DNA of 64,000 nt from assembly GCA_964535955.1 (NCBI GenBank), contig CAZHVK010000003.1, forward strand, positions 62,001 to 126,000, in the 5' to 3' direction. Below, piece by piece: positions 30,764-40,622 of the stretch. The DNA is from an uncultured Methanosarcinales archaeon (GTDB lineage Archaea > Nanobdellota > Nanobdellia > Woesearchaeales > CAXGTL01). The notes below the pieces were generated by a model. That model was not told where the DNA came from. It saw only the letters and a program-made list of their open reading frames with translations, and made no database searches. Every line of letters starts with the position of its first letter. The stretch's first letter is position 1. Position numbers and translations under genes: made by a program.

Positions 30764-31525
30764 TTATAAATAACTTAAAGCACATAAATCAGCATATTCT
30801 AATGCTAATAAATAATCATCAACAGTAAAATCACAGTTAACTTTTTCTGAACCACCACTTAAATTCTGTTCTTCTCTATATTTATTTAATAATTGGAATA
30901 TTGCATGATTCCCATCTTTTTCTTTTTTACTAACAACTACTATACCATTATTATTTCTACCCCATTTATTAGTTTCTGCTTCATGATCAACTCTAGGATC
31001 TTCCTTCCAATTATTAATAATATGATACTCAACATCTAATTTTTTCTTACCATATAATTCTCTAAACACTATATCTCTTAATATTAAACAACCAGGTTTG
31101 CCAAGATGCTTTTTATCTAATTCAAATTCAGGCCTAGTATCTTCTGGATTATCTGGATTTGGAGTCCAAGCATAAGGAACTAAATAATTTCCAAAAATAC
31201 CTTTTTTTTCCATATATTCAACAAGCCATATAGAAACTTTATTACAAGGAATTACTTCTTTAAGTTGGGAAGATAATTCATTAGCAGCTTTATGAAAAAG
31301 CCCCCTACTATTAGGCAATGATTCAATAGTTGTCATCAATTGTTCTTTCATTCTTAATTCTTTAAGAATAAACTTTGCCAGATTTTCATCAGATACCATA
31401 GCAGGATAATATTTTTGAAAAAAAAGATCACTAGTTAATATCATACAATCTCTTCTTATTTGAGAATGAGTAAGTTCTTTCCCATCAAGATAAACCTTTC
31501 CATTTAAATTTTCCATAAACATCAC
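30764..31525 (-). CDS. Stand-alone GAF-domain protein
   Basis: IPCNKVSIWLV, IINNWKEDPR, IFQLLNK...FTVDD (NKFDE-like signature). Confidence 0.7.
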   Translation of the reverse strand: MMFMENLNGKVYLDGKELTHSQIRRDCMILTSDLFFQKYYPAMVSDENLAKFILKELRMKEQLMTTIESLPNSRGLFHKAANELSSQLKEVIPCNKVSIWLVEYMEKKGIFGNYLVPYAWTPNPDNPEDTRPEFELDKKHLGKPGCLILRDIVFRELYGKKKLDVEYHIINNWKEDPRVDHEAETNKWGRNNNGIVVVSKKEKDGNHAIFQLLNKYREEQNLSGGSEKVNCDFTVDDYLLALEYADLCALSYL

Positions 31526-31627
31526 CTTTTATATTTTTAAATAAAATAATTACATTACCTTTTATATTATTTTCCAAACTCAAAAACAACCATTACAAAA
31601 CCTAATTAATAGTATGTGCATAGCGCC

Positions 31628-31681
31628 TGTCATAAATCTCCGATTTATGATCATGCTCAGGAATGTTCTACATTTCTGACA
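31628..31681. repeat. Twin-hairpin intergenic element, copy B, nested in a larger fold-back (about 31605..31795)
   Basis: TGTCA-TAAATCTCCGATTTA-TGATCATGCTCAG-GAATGTTCTACATTT-CTGACA. Confidence 0.8.
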
Positions 31682-31837
31682 TGTTAGGCAAGTGAACACA
31701 TGTTAATTTCGTAAGACAACAACTAACAGCCAATTCAAGAGCAAATGCTCAATAGAACTTGGCTGATGTGAACGAACTATACACATACAATTAATAAATA
31801 CCTTTAAATATAAACTACCCACTTCTACATAAATATT

Positions 31838-31980
31838 GGACCTGTAGCCTAGTCTGGATACAAATCTTGCTAGAAAGGGCAACGGCCTTCTAAGCTATAA
31901 ATTGCAAAGAGAGCCGTGGGTCGAGGGTTCGAAATCCTATCAATATAAAAATTGTTAGAAAGAAAGTCCCTCCAGGTCCG
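31838..31980 (+). tRNA. tRNA-Arg (TCT) with three introns (D-loop 31860..31875, anticodon loop 31893..31911, T-loop 31934..31966)
   Basis: Removing the three inserts gives a 75-nt cloverleaf: GGACCTG/CAGGTCC, GCCT/GGGC, ACGGC-CT-TCT-AA-GCCGT, GAGGG-TTCGAAT-CCCTC, discriminator G. Each insert forms a BHB-like motif. Confidence 0.9.
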
Positions 31981-32009
31981 CTCTTTTTTATATCAAAAAA
32001 CACACCACA

Positions 32010-32260
32010 ACTTACACACCTTTATTTCTTATAGAGATAGATCTTGATGGGAATTACACCAAATCCTATTTTCCATTTATTTGTAATATTGAAAATAAAT
32101 AGATAATTAATAATTATTAATAATATAATAAAATATATTTATTATTATATTATTATTATATATTATTAAAAAACCAAACTTTATTTTCATATATAAATTT
32201 CTCAAAACAACCAAATTCATTTAAAATACTCTTCCATACGAACTCAAGGGGTCAGTCTAT
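32010..32260. other. Probable replication origin (oriC)
   Basis: Inverted ORB-like boxes (minus strand CTCTATAAGAAATAAAGGTGTG at 32015..32036; plus strand CTTCCATACGAACTCAAGGGGT at 32231..32252) flank an almost pure A/T tract (about 32090..32170) immediately upstream of cdc6. Confidence 0.75.
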
Positions 32261-32317
32261 AGTAACTACTATTTAAAGTTACAAATGTTTAAAAACCTTT
32301 ATTTCTTTTGGAAAAAT

Positions 32318-33529
32318 ATGCAAGAAAAAGGGTTGAAAGGTTTTTTTAATAATTTCCTTAGTAAAGAGAGTCTGTTTAGAGATAAGAAGGTTCTCCAAGC
32401 TTCCTATACACCAGAAACAATCAAACACAGAGAAGATCAAATAAAAACCATAGCAAACATCCTTGCACCAACATTAAAACTAGATAAACCATCAAACTTA
32501 TTTATCTATGGAAAAACAGGATCTGGCAAAACATTATCAATAAAATTTGTTTCAAAAGAAATATTAGAATTAGCAAGTCAAACAAATATCCCTATAAAAA
32601 TAGTATATATTAATTGTAAATTAAAAAAAGTAGCAGACACAGAATATAGATTGGTTGCTCAAATATCAAGAAAATTAGGAAAAGAAATTCCAGCAACTGG
32701 TTTACCAACAGAAGAAGTTTATAATATTTTTTACAAAGCAATTGATCATCAAAAACAAGTTGTAATATTGCTTTTAGATGAAATAGACCAATTAGTTAAA
32801 AAATCTGGTGATGAAATATTATATAATTTAACAAGGATAAATTCAGAACTTATCAATGCTCAATTAGGAATAGTAGGGATTTCAAATGATATTCTATTTG
32901 CTGATAATCTTGATCCAAGAGTAAAAAGTTCTTTAAGTGAAGAAGAATTAGTATTTCCTCCTTATAATGCTCTTCAAATACAAGATATACTAAAGCAAAG
33001 AGCAAAAAATGCTTTTAATGAAAATACTCTAGAACAAGGTGTTATTGAAAAATGTGCAGCATATGCAGCACGTGAACATGGTGATGCAAGGAGAGCTTTA
33101 GAATTATTAAGAGTGGCAGGTGAGATTGCTGAAAGGGAAGATTCAACTAAAGTATCAATTAAACATATTGATAAAGCTGAAGATAAGATTGAAAGAGACA
33201 AAATTTATGATGTTATTATTACACAACCCAAACAATCACAATTAACACTTTATTCAATATTAAACATACACGAACAAAAACAAACTTTCATATTTACTGG
33301 GGAAGTTTATGAGTTATATAAAAAATTGTGTGACAAAGTTAAATTAAGACCTTTAACACAAAGAAGAATTTCAGATATTGTTGCAGAGTTAGATATGTTA
33401 GGCATAATTAATGTTTCAGTTATATCAAAAGGAAGATATGGGAGAACAAGAGAAATATCTTTGGCAATACCAGAAACAATCTTACCCAAAATCAAATCAA
33501 TTCTAACAAAATCTCTCGATATTAAATAA
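32318..33529 (+). CDS. cdc6: Orc1/Cdc6 replication initiator
   Basis: Walker A GKTGSGKT, LDEID, LDPRVKSSL, FPPYNA, HGDARRAL, winged helix SKGRYGRT. ATG 32318 preferred (ORF open from 32285). Confidence 0.97.
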   Translation: MQEKGLKGFFNNFLSKESLFRDKKVLQASYTPETIKHREDQIKTIANILAPTLKLDKPSNLFIYGKTGSGKTLSIKFVSKEILELASQTNIPIKIVYINCKLKKVADTEYRLVAQISRKLGKEIPATGLPTEEVYNIFYKAIDHQKQVVILLLDEIDQLVKKSGDEILYNLTRINSELINAQLGIVGISNDILFADNLDPRVKSSLSEEELVFPPYNALQIQDILKQRAKNAFNENTLEQGVIEKCAAYAAREHGDARRALELLRVAGEIAEREDSTKVSIKHIDKAEDKIERDKIYDVIITQPKQSQLTLYSILNIHEQKQTFIFTGEVYELYKKLCDKVKLRPLTQRRISDIVAELDMLGIINVSVISKGRYGRTREISLAIPETILPKIKSILTKSLDIK

Positions 33530-33545
33530 CAATTATTTCAAGAAG

Positions 33546-35186
33546 ATGGAAACTTTAGAATCTAAAAAAGAAATTGTAAACTTTTTCATAGATAAAGGTT
33601 TTTTAATTTCTAATGAATTTATTTTAGACCTTGAGAATGAACAAAAAAACAAAGAGGACTTTTTTAATAAAGAAATAAAACAAATTACTAAAAATTCATT
33701 GATTGTTTTAAGCAATGATTTTTTAGAAACAAGTAAAAAGGTAGAATCTTTTAGCATTTCTGAGTTCAATAGATTAAAATCTTTCTCACAAAAAAGTAAA
33801 AATAAGGATTTACTCAATGAATTCATTAAATCATTAACAGAATTTAAAGAAGAGGACAAACCAAAAGAACAAGAAGATGTCAAAATTATATTTTCTTATC
33901 AAGAAAAAAGCAAAAAGAGAACATATGGAGATTTTGTTTCATATTTTAAGTCAAGGTATAACCAAATAAAGGAATTTTTAATAAATAGGCAAGAATTAAG
34001 TAATACTCTCTCCATAAATAAAGTTTTATCAAAAAAAGAAAAAGAATCAGTTTCAATTATTGCAATGGTAAGTGAAAAAAGGACTACCAAAAATGGGAAC
34101 ATAATATTGACAGTGGAAGATCAAACAGGATCAATCAAAGTATTAATTAATAAAAATAAATCAGAGCTTCATAAAGAAGCTAATGATATTTGTCTAGATG
34201 AAGTATTGGCAATTCAGGGTGTTAATGGAGGTAATATAATCTTTGTAAATAAGATTTTATGGCCAGATATACCTCTTAGCAAGGAATTAAGAAAGTCCTC
34301 AGATGAAGCTTACGCTGTTTTTATATCAGATACAGAATTTGGATCAAAGTTTTTCTTAAAAGAACCATTTAATAATTTTATAAAATGGCTAAACTCAGAA
34401 TTAGGAAATAAAGAACAAATAAGAATTTCCTCTTTAGTTAAATATTTATTTATTATCGGTGATTTAGTTGATGGTGTAGGGATTTATCCAGGACAAGAAG
34501 AAGATTTGATTATTCCAGACATTTATGAACAATACAAAGTTTTTGCAGACTATCTAAAAAGAATTCCCAAACATATTAAAATAATAATTTGCCCTGGTAA
34601 TCATGATGCAATGAGAATAGCAGAACCTCAGCCGCCTTTATATGAAGATTTTGCAAAACCAATTTACGAACTTCCAAATACTATCATTGTAAGTAATCCA
34701 GCATATATAAATTTTAATTCAACTGATAATTTTTCAGGTTTTGATGTTTTAATGTACCATGGTTATTCCTTAATATATTATTCAGAAAATGTAAATAGTA
34801 TAAGAACTTTAGGAGGCCAAGAAAGAGTTGACTTAACAATGAAATATCTTTTAAAAAGAAGACATTTGGCTCCTACACATCAATCAACCTTATCCTTACC
34901 AACAGCTGAGAAAGATCATTTAATAATAAGTAAAATACCTGATTTTTTTGTAACAGGTCATATTCATAGGACAACTGTTTCAAATTATAAAAATATTACT
35001 TTAATTAATGCATCTTCTTGGACAGGTATGACCCCAAATCAGGAAAAAAGAGGATTAAAACCACAACCTGCAAGAGCAATCATCACAAATTTACAAACAA
35101 GACAGGTTAAGATAATGAATTTTGAAATCTTGAAATCTTTAAAGGATCCAAAACAAAATCAAAAATTAGAGGTTTTAAATAAATGA
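33546..35186 (+). CDS. polB: DNA polymerase D small subunit DP1
   Basis: OB fold (TKNGN..EDQTG), GDLVDGVGIYPGQ, PGNHD, YHG, RRHLAPTH, GHIH. Confidence 0.95.
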   Translation: METLESKKEIVNFFIDKGFLISNEFILDLENEQKNKEDFFNKEIKQITKNSLIVLSNDFLETSKKVESFSISEFNRLKSFSQKSKNKDLLNEFIKSLTEFKEEDKPKEQEDVKIIFSYQEKSKKRTYGDFVSYFKSRYNQIKEFLINRQELSNTLSINKVLSKKEKESVSIIAMVSEKRTTKNGNIILTVEDQTGSIKVLINKNKSELHKEANDICLDEVLAIQGVNGGNIIFVNKILWPDIPLSKELRKSSDEAYAVFISDTEFGSKFFLKEPFNNFIKWLNSELGNKEQIRISSLVKYLFIIGDLVDGVGIYPGQEEDLIIPDIYEQYKVFADYLKRIPKHIKIIICPGNHDAMRIAEPQPPLYEDFAKPIYELPNTIIVSNPAYINFNSTDNFSGFDVLMYHGYSLIYYSENVNSIRTLGGQERVDLTMKYLLKRRHLAPTHQSTLSLPTAEKDHLIISKIPDFFVTGHIHRTTVSNYKNITLINASSWTGMTPNQEKRGLKPQPARAIITNLQTRQVKIMNFEILKSLKDPKQNQKLEVLNK

Positions 35187-38100
35187 TTTGTTCAAAAAAC
35201 ATGCAAAATTATTTTGATTCAATTTTAGCTAAAATAAAAATTGAATTAGATATAGCAAAAAAAGCAAGAAAAAAAGGATTAGATCCTGATGATGAAGTAG
35301 AAATCAGATTAGCAAAGAATTCGGCTGAAAGGGTTATTGGACTTATTTCTATTGTAGCACCTCAAATAATAAATAAAGGCATCGAAAAAAGGATTATCGA
35401 TCTTGAAAAGAAATTTGGTGTTCTAGACAAAAGAGTCGCTTTAACAATTGCTTTAGAAATTGCTCAAGAAAAATATTGTAAATTTAAAGATAAAAAAGAA
35501 GCAATGGAAGTTGGTATTAGGACAGGATTTGCATATGTTACTTTGGGTGTTGTATCAAGTCCTTTAGAGGGATTCACAGAACTGAAAATAAAAAAAAGAA
35601 GAGATGGAAAAGAATATTTTAGTATGTATTATTCAGGTCCAATAAGAAGTGCTGGTGCAACAATAGCTTCATGGTCATTGATAATAGGTGATTATATTAG
35701 GAAAAAAATGGGTTATGCACCTTATGATCCTGATGAAAAAGAAGTAAAAAGAATACACAGAGAATTAAGTGATTTTCATGAATATATAACAAACTTGCAA
35801 TATTTTCCTTCTGAACAAGAGTCTCATTTTATGGGTGAAAATTTACCAATTGAAATTAATGGTGATCCTTCTGAAAAATATGAAGTTAGTAATTATAAGG
35901 ATTTGCCAAGAATTGAAACAAATCTATTAAGAAGTGGTTTTTGTTTAATGCATGCAGAATGTATGGCTCTAAAAGCACCTAAGGTTTGGAAAGATTTACA
36001 GAAATGGTCTAAAGAATTCGGTTTAGAACATTGGAAATTTCTTGAAGAATTTATAAAAATACAAAAAAAAGCAAAGGCAAAAGGTCAAACAAAAGTTTTA
36101 GAAAACAAAGACAAGCCAAAAATTACTCCTGATTATACATATATTACAGATTTAGTTGCAGGTCGTCCTGTTTTAGGATACCCATTAAGAAAAGGAGGCT
36201 TTAGATTAAGATATGGTCGGGCAAGAACAAGTGGTTATTCATCTTTAGCAGTGCATCCAGCTACTATGCAAGTACTTAATGATTTTTTTGCATTTGGAAC
36301 TCATGTAAAGGTTGAAAGACCCAGCAAAGGAGGTATCTTGACTCCTTGTGATATTCTTCATGGTCCTATTATCAAATTAAAAGATAATAGTGTTATTATT
36401 CTTGATACTGAAAAAAAAGCTAAAAAATATAAAAAAGAAGTACAAGAAATATTATTTTTAGGTGATTTATTGATTAGTTATGGTGATTTTTTTGATAGGG
36501 CACATTCTTTAGTGCCTGCAGGTTATTGTGAGGAATGGTGGTTATTAGAATTTGAAAAAAAATGTGTTAATATTTTTGGAACTATTGACTCTGCAAAAAT
36601 CTCAGAACTTACAGACGTAAATGAAAATTTGATTGATAATCTATTAAAAAATCCATTTAAAACAAAGTTATCTGCGAAAGAAGCAATTTTATTCTCAGAA
36701 AGATTAAAAATACCTTTGCACCCTTTATACACTTTTCATTGGAAAGATATTTCTTATGAAGATTTTAAAATACTAATAAATTGGTTAAAAACAGGAAAAA
36801 TTGAAAAAATAAATGATAAAATTAATAAAATAATAATTAAATTAGAAAACAAACCAAAAAGAATTTTAGAACGACTGGGTTTAGAACATTTATGCATAAA
36901 TAATGAATTTGTTGTAATTGAAAAGGAAAATTCAACAATTTTATTATATTTATTTAATTATTTTAAATTTGAATTTGAAAATTCTAAAACAAATTTTAAC
37001 AATTCTTTAGATTTCATTAATGAGATTTCTAAGACAATAATAAGAGACAAAAGTGGAACTTTTATAGGAGCAAGAATGGGTAGACCTGAAAAAGCAAAAA
37101 TGAGAAAATTAACAGGATCACCTCAAGTATTATTTCCTGTTGGAGAAGAAGGTGGCCGCCTTAGAAGTTTTCAATCAGCATTAGAAAAAGGAAAAATAAC
37201 CTCTGATTTTCCAGTTTATAAATGTAATAAATGTGATAAAAATACCATCTTAAGAATTTGTGAAAATTGTGGTGGAAAAACAAAACAATTATTTAATTGT
37301 TATACTTGTGGTTTGATTGAAGACAAAGAATGCAAGATTCATGGGAAAACAAGATCCTACAAAAACCAAATAATTAATATTAATTATTATTTTAATAATA
37401 TTCTTAAAAAATTGAGATTACGTACTTATCCTGATTTAATAAAAGGAGTAAGGGGAACAAGTAGTAAGGAACATGTACCTGAAAACCTTGCAAAAGGTAT
37501 TTTAAGATCAAAGCATAATATTTATGTCAATAAAGATGGAACAATAAGATTGGATGGGTCTGAAGCACCAATTACACATTTCAAACCTAAAGAAATTGGT
37601 GTAGATATAGAAAAACTAAAACAATTGGGATATGATAAGGATTGTTTTGGTAAAGAATTAACAGACATTAACCAAATCATTGAATTAAAAGTCCAAGATA
37701 TTATTCTTCCTTGTTGTAGGACAGGTAATGATGAACCTTTTGATGATGTATTATTTAGGATTACAAAATTTATAGATGAGTCTTTAGAAAGAATATATAA
37801 TTTAGAATCTTATTACAACTTAGAAAGCAAACAAGATTTAGTAGGGCAGTTTGTAGTTGCTTTAGCACCTCATATTTCAGCAGGAACAGTTGCAAGAATA
37901 ATAGGGTTTTCAAACACACAAACCTTTTTAGCGCATCCCTTATTTCATGCATGCCTTAGAAGAGATTGTGATGGCGATGAAGCAGGATTATTTTTATTAT
38001 TAGATGGTTTAATTAATTTTTCCAGAAAATATTTACCAGGCAGCAGAGGTTCTACACAAGATGCTCCTTTGGTATTAACATCAATACTAATTCCTACTGA

Positions 38101-38782
38101 AGTTGATGATATGGCATTTAATATTGATATACAATGGAAATATCCTTTAGAATTATATGAATCAGCTCTTGAATACAAAATGCCATGGGATGTTAAGATA
38201 AAAAGAGCAGAAATGTATTTAAATACTGAAAACCAATATGAAAAATGGGGTTTTACTCATAATACTAATAATTTTAATACAGGCATTTTTTGTTCAGCTT
38301 ATAAATTATTACCTTCTATGAAAGACAAATTAAAAAGCCAGATGGATTTGGCTGTTAAGATTAGAGCTGTTGATGCAAGTGATGTAGCAAGTTTAATAAT
38401 AAATAAACATTTTTTAAAAGATATAAAAGGAAACTTAAGAAAATTTTCACAACAACAATTTAGATGTGTTAATTGCAATGTTAAATATAGAAGACCTCCT
38501 TTGATTGGTAATTGTACTAATTGTGGAGGAAAAATTATATTTACTATTTCAGAAGGCAGTATAGTTAAATATCTTGAACCAAGCATAAGTTTAGCAGAGA
38601 AATATGATGTTCTTCCCTATGTTAAACAAACATTAGAATTAACCAAAAGAAGGGTAGAAGGAGTATTTGGAAAAGAAAAAGAAAAACAAGCTGGATTAGG
38701 AGCCTGGTTTACTAAAATCTCAAAGCAGGGTTCAGATGATACCCAAAGACAAGTTTCTGACAAACCAACAGCTAAACCTTAA
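35183..38782 (+). CDS. polC: DNA polymerase D large subunit DP2
   Basis: GPIRSAG, AGRPV..GGFRLRYGR, GARMGRPEKAK, catalytic RRDCDGDE, Zn fingers. No intein. Confidence 0.97.
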   Translation: MICSKNMQNYFDSILAKIKIELDIAKKARKKGLDPDDEVEIRLAKNSAERVIGLISIVAPQIINKGIEKRIIDLEKKFGVLDKRVALTIALEIAQEKYCKFKDKKEAMEVGIRTGFAYVTLGVVSSPLEGFTELKIKKRRDGKEYFSMYYSGPIRSAGATIASWSLIIGDYIRKKMGYAPYDPDEKEVKRIHRELSDFHEYITNLQYFPSEQESHFMGENLPIEINGDPSEKYEVSNYKDLPRIETNLLRSGFCLMHAECMALKAPKVWKDLQKWSKEFGLEHWKFLEEFIKIQKKAKAKGQTKVLENKDKPKITPDYTYITDLVAGRPVLGYPLRKGGFRLRYGRARTSGYSSLAVHPATMQVLNDFFAFGTHVKVERPSKGGILTPCDILHGPIIKLKDNSVIILDTEKKAKKYKKEVQEILFLGDLLISYGDFFDRAHSLVPAGYCEEWWLLEFEKKCVNIFGTIDSAKISELTDVNENLIDNLLKNPFKTKLSAKEAILFSERLKIPLHPLYTFHWKDISYEDFKILINWLKTGKIEKINDKINKIIIKLENKPKRILERLGLEHLCINNEFVVIEKENSTILLYLFNYFKFEFENSKTNFNNSLDFINEISKTIIRDKSGTFIGARMGRPEKAKMRKLTGSPQVLFPVGEEGGRLRSFQSALEKGKITSDFPVYKCNKCDKNTILRICENCGGKTKQLFNCYTCGLIEDKECKIHGKTRSYKNQIININYYFNNILKKLRLRTYPDLIKGVRGTSSKEHVPENLAKGILRSKHNIYVNKDGTIRLDGSEAPITHFKPKEIGVDIEKLKQLGYDKDCFGKELTDINQIIELKVQDIILPCCRTGNDEPFDDVLFRITKFIDESLERIYNLESYYNLESKQDLVGQFVVALAPHISAGTVARIIGFSNTQTFLAHPLFHACLRRDCDGDEAGLFLLLDGLINFSRKYLPGSRGSTQDAPLVLTSILIPTEVDDMAFNIDIQWKYPLELYESALEYKMPWDVKIKRAEMYLNTENQYEKWGFTHNTNNFNTGIFCSAYKLLPSMKDKLKSQMDLAVKIRAVDASDVASLIINKHFLKDIKGNLRKFSQQQFRCVNCNVKYRRPPLIGNCTNCGGKIIFTISEGSIVKYLEPSISLAEKYDVLPYVKQTLELTKRRVEGVFGKEKEKQAGLGAWFTKISKQGSDDTQRQVSDKPTAKP

Positions 38783-38850
38783 TAAATTACAAATTGCTAA
38801 TATTTTATTACCAATTTCTACTTGTCAACTTCTTATTATGGGTTTCTACT

Positions 38851-39159
38851 CTATTCTTCTTTAAGAATTAATGCTTGCGCATAAGGAATTCCATTAATTT
38901 TTAAAATATTATTTTTATTAATAAAACCCTTTTCCAAACAAAAACTAATAGAATTTTTTCCAACAATATTTATTGTGTTGGCTTGTTTTACAACAGCTTC
39001 AACTTCTGGCCCATCTAACTCATCACCTTTATAAAAAATTGATGTCAAATCAAGTTGTAATCCCTCTTCTTCATATTTCTTCCCAATTATATCAATATCA
39101 CACATAGCTATTATAACTTTTCCTTCATGAGATATATGCTTTTTTATTATATATTTCAT
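38851..39159 (-). CDS. DUF424 family protein
   Basis: IAMCDIDIIGK, FYKG, INIVG, INGIPYAQ. Usual neighbour of aIF2-beta. Confidence 0.85.
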   Translation of the reverse strand: MKYIIKKHISHEGKVIIAMCDIDIIGKKYEEEGLQLDLTSIFYKGDELDGPEVEAVVKQANTINIVGKNSISFCLEKGFINKNNILKINGIPYAQALILKEE

Positions 39160-39176
39160 TTTTATTTTTCCTAAAT

Positions 39177-39587
39177 TCAAATTTTAGATTTAACAGGGTG
39201 GTGCGCACCACATGCTAGACACCTTAAGATAGTTATTTCACCATCTTTTATCAGTTTAGTTTCAGGTTTATTACATTCTTTACAAAGAACATAATTTTTA
39301 GCATATTTTTCTATTTTTTCATTAATCCTTGAAGAAGGAATTTTAGATCCAAGAATTAATGCACTTTTTGTTAATTCACCAGGTGTTGCTAATTCTTTTA
39401 AGATAAACTTCATTAAATGTTTTATATCTCTATGAAATATATCAGCTATTTGATTAAAATTAGATATTACTGTTTTATTTCCTTGAATATGTCCTTTAAC
39501 TTTAGGTATATCAAATCTTGATATTTCTAAAATATTTTTAGGTACTTCTTCCCTTCCTTTATCTAATAGTTTTTCATAATCATCCAT
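39177..39587 (-). CDS. eif2b: Translation initiation factor aIF-2 beta
   Basis: YEKLL, RFDIP, GNKTVISNF, KELATPG, C..C..PET..C.ACGA Zn ribbon. Confidence 0.95.
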   Translation of the reverse strand: MDDYEKLLDKGREEVPKNILEISRFDIPKVKGHIQGNKTVISNFNQIADIFHRDIKHLMKFILKELATPGELTKSALILGSKIPSSRINEKIEKYAKNYVLCKECNKPETKLIKDGEITILRCLACGAHHPVKSKI

Positions 39588-39715
39588 CTTAATATATTGG
39601 AATCTTTATCCATTTTTAAATCTATCCTTATTGTATATACATATTTATAATATGTATATATAACCAAATATCAATTAGAAACATTTAAATATATACATTA
39701 GATATTATTTATATT

Positions 39716-40585
39716 ATGGTGATAGAATCTTTAATAAGTCCTTTTAAAGCAAAACAAAAACCTTATGAATTAGTTTTTTATGGTTTTTTTTATTCAACTA
39801 TATCTATTTTTCTTTCAACTTTAATATTTAAGCAGTATTCCAGTTTATTAATGGTTTTTTTATCAGTAATGGCGTGTATGCCATTGATGTATAATACTAT
39901 GAAACAAGAAGAAAAAAAAGATATTATTTTTAAAAGCGAAATTAAATTATTAAAAGAGCATGGGAAAGCTATTGAATTTCTCATGTTTTTATTTTTAGGC
40001 ATAACTGTAGGATACACTTTTTGGTATCTTATTTTGCCTCATTTTCCTTTATTTAGTAAAGGTTTTTTCAATGATGGTTTCTTTTTTAGGGTCCAAAAAG
40101 AAACTTTATTTGCAATAAATGGAAGAATCACAGGAAATATTGTAAGAGGTGACCTCTTTATGAGAATTTTGATAAATAATATAAAGGTTTTAACCTTTTG
40201 TATTCTTTTCTCATTTTTATTTGGTTTAGGCGCTATATTTATTCTTACTTGGAATGCTTCAGTAATTGCAACAGCTACTGGTGATTTTATAAAATCTGGT
40301 TTTGCTGCTATAAATAAATTGAATAAAGGAATAACTTTTAGTCACTTCTTTACCATAATTGCTTCTTTTTTTAGATATATGATACATGGTATTCCTGAAA
40401 TAACTGCATATTTTGTAGGAGGTTTGGCAGGAGGGATTATTTCATTTGCAATTGCAAATCACCATTTCAGGACAAAGAAATTTGAAAATATTTTATTAGA
40501 TTCTTCAGAACTAGTAATTATTGCAATATTAATTTTGGTTATCGCAGGTTTACTAGAAGTTTATGTCACACCACTATTTTTTTAG
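39716..40585 (+). CDS. SpoIIM/DUF95 family membrane protein
   Basis: ILINNIKV, LTWNASV, HGIPEI, AGLLEVYVTP. Confidence 0.85.
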   Translation: MVIESLISPFKAKQKPYELVFYGFFYSTISIFLSTLIFKQYSSLLMVFLSVMACMPLMYNTMKQEEKKDIIFKSEIKLLKEHGKAIEFLMFLFLGITVGYTFWYLILPHFPLFSKGFFNDGFFFRVQKETLFAINGRITGNIVRGDLFMRILINNIKVLTFCILFSFLFGLGAIFILTWNASVIATATGDFIKSGFAAINKLNKGITFSHFFTIIASFFRYMIHGIPEITAYFVGGLAGGIISFAIANHHFRTKKFENILLDSSELVIIAILILVIAGLLEVYVTPLFF

Positions 40586-40622
40586 CAACTTTTTAATCCT
40601 TTTTATAATCTTTTTTATTTTT

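Noticed and set aside
31605..31795. Known self-cleaving ribozyme or riboswitch
   Set aside because: Could not find the conserved cores of hammerhead, twister, pistol or HDV-like classes by eye.
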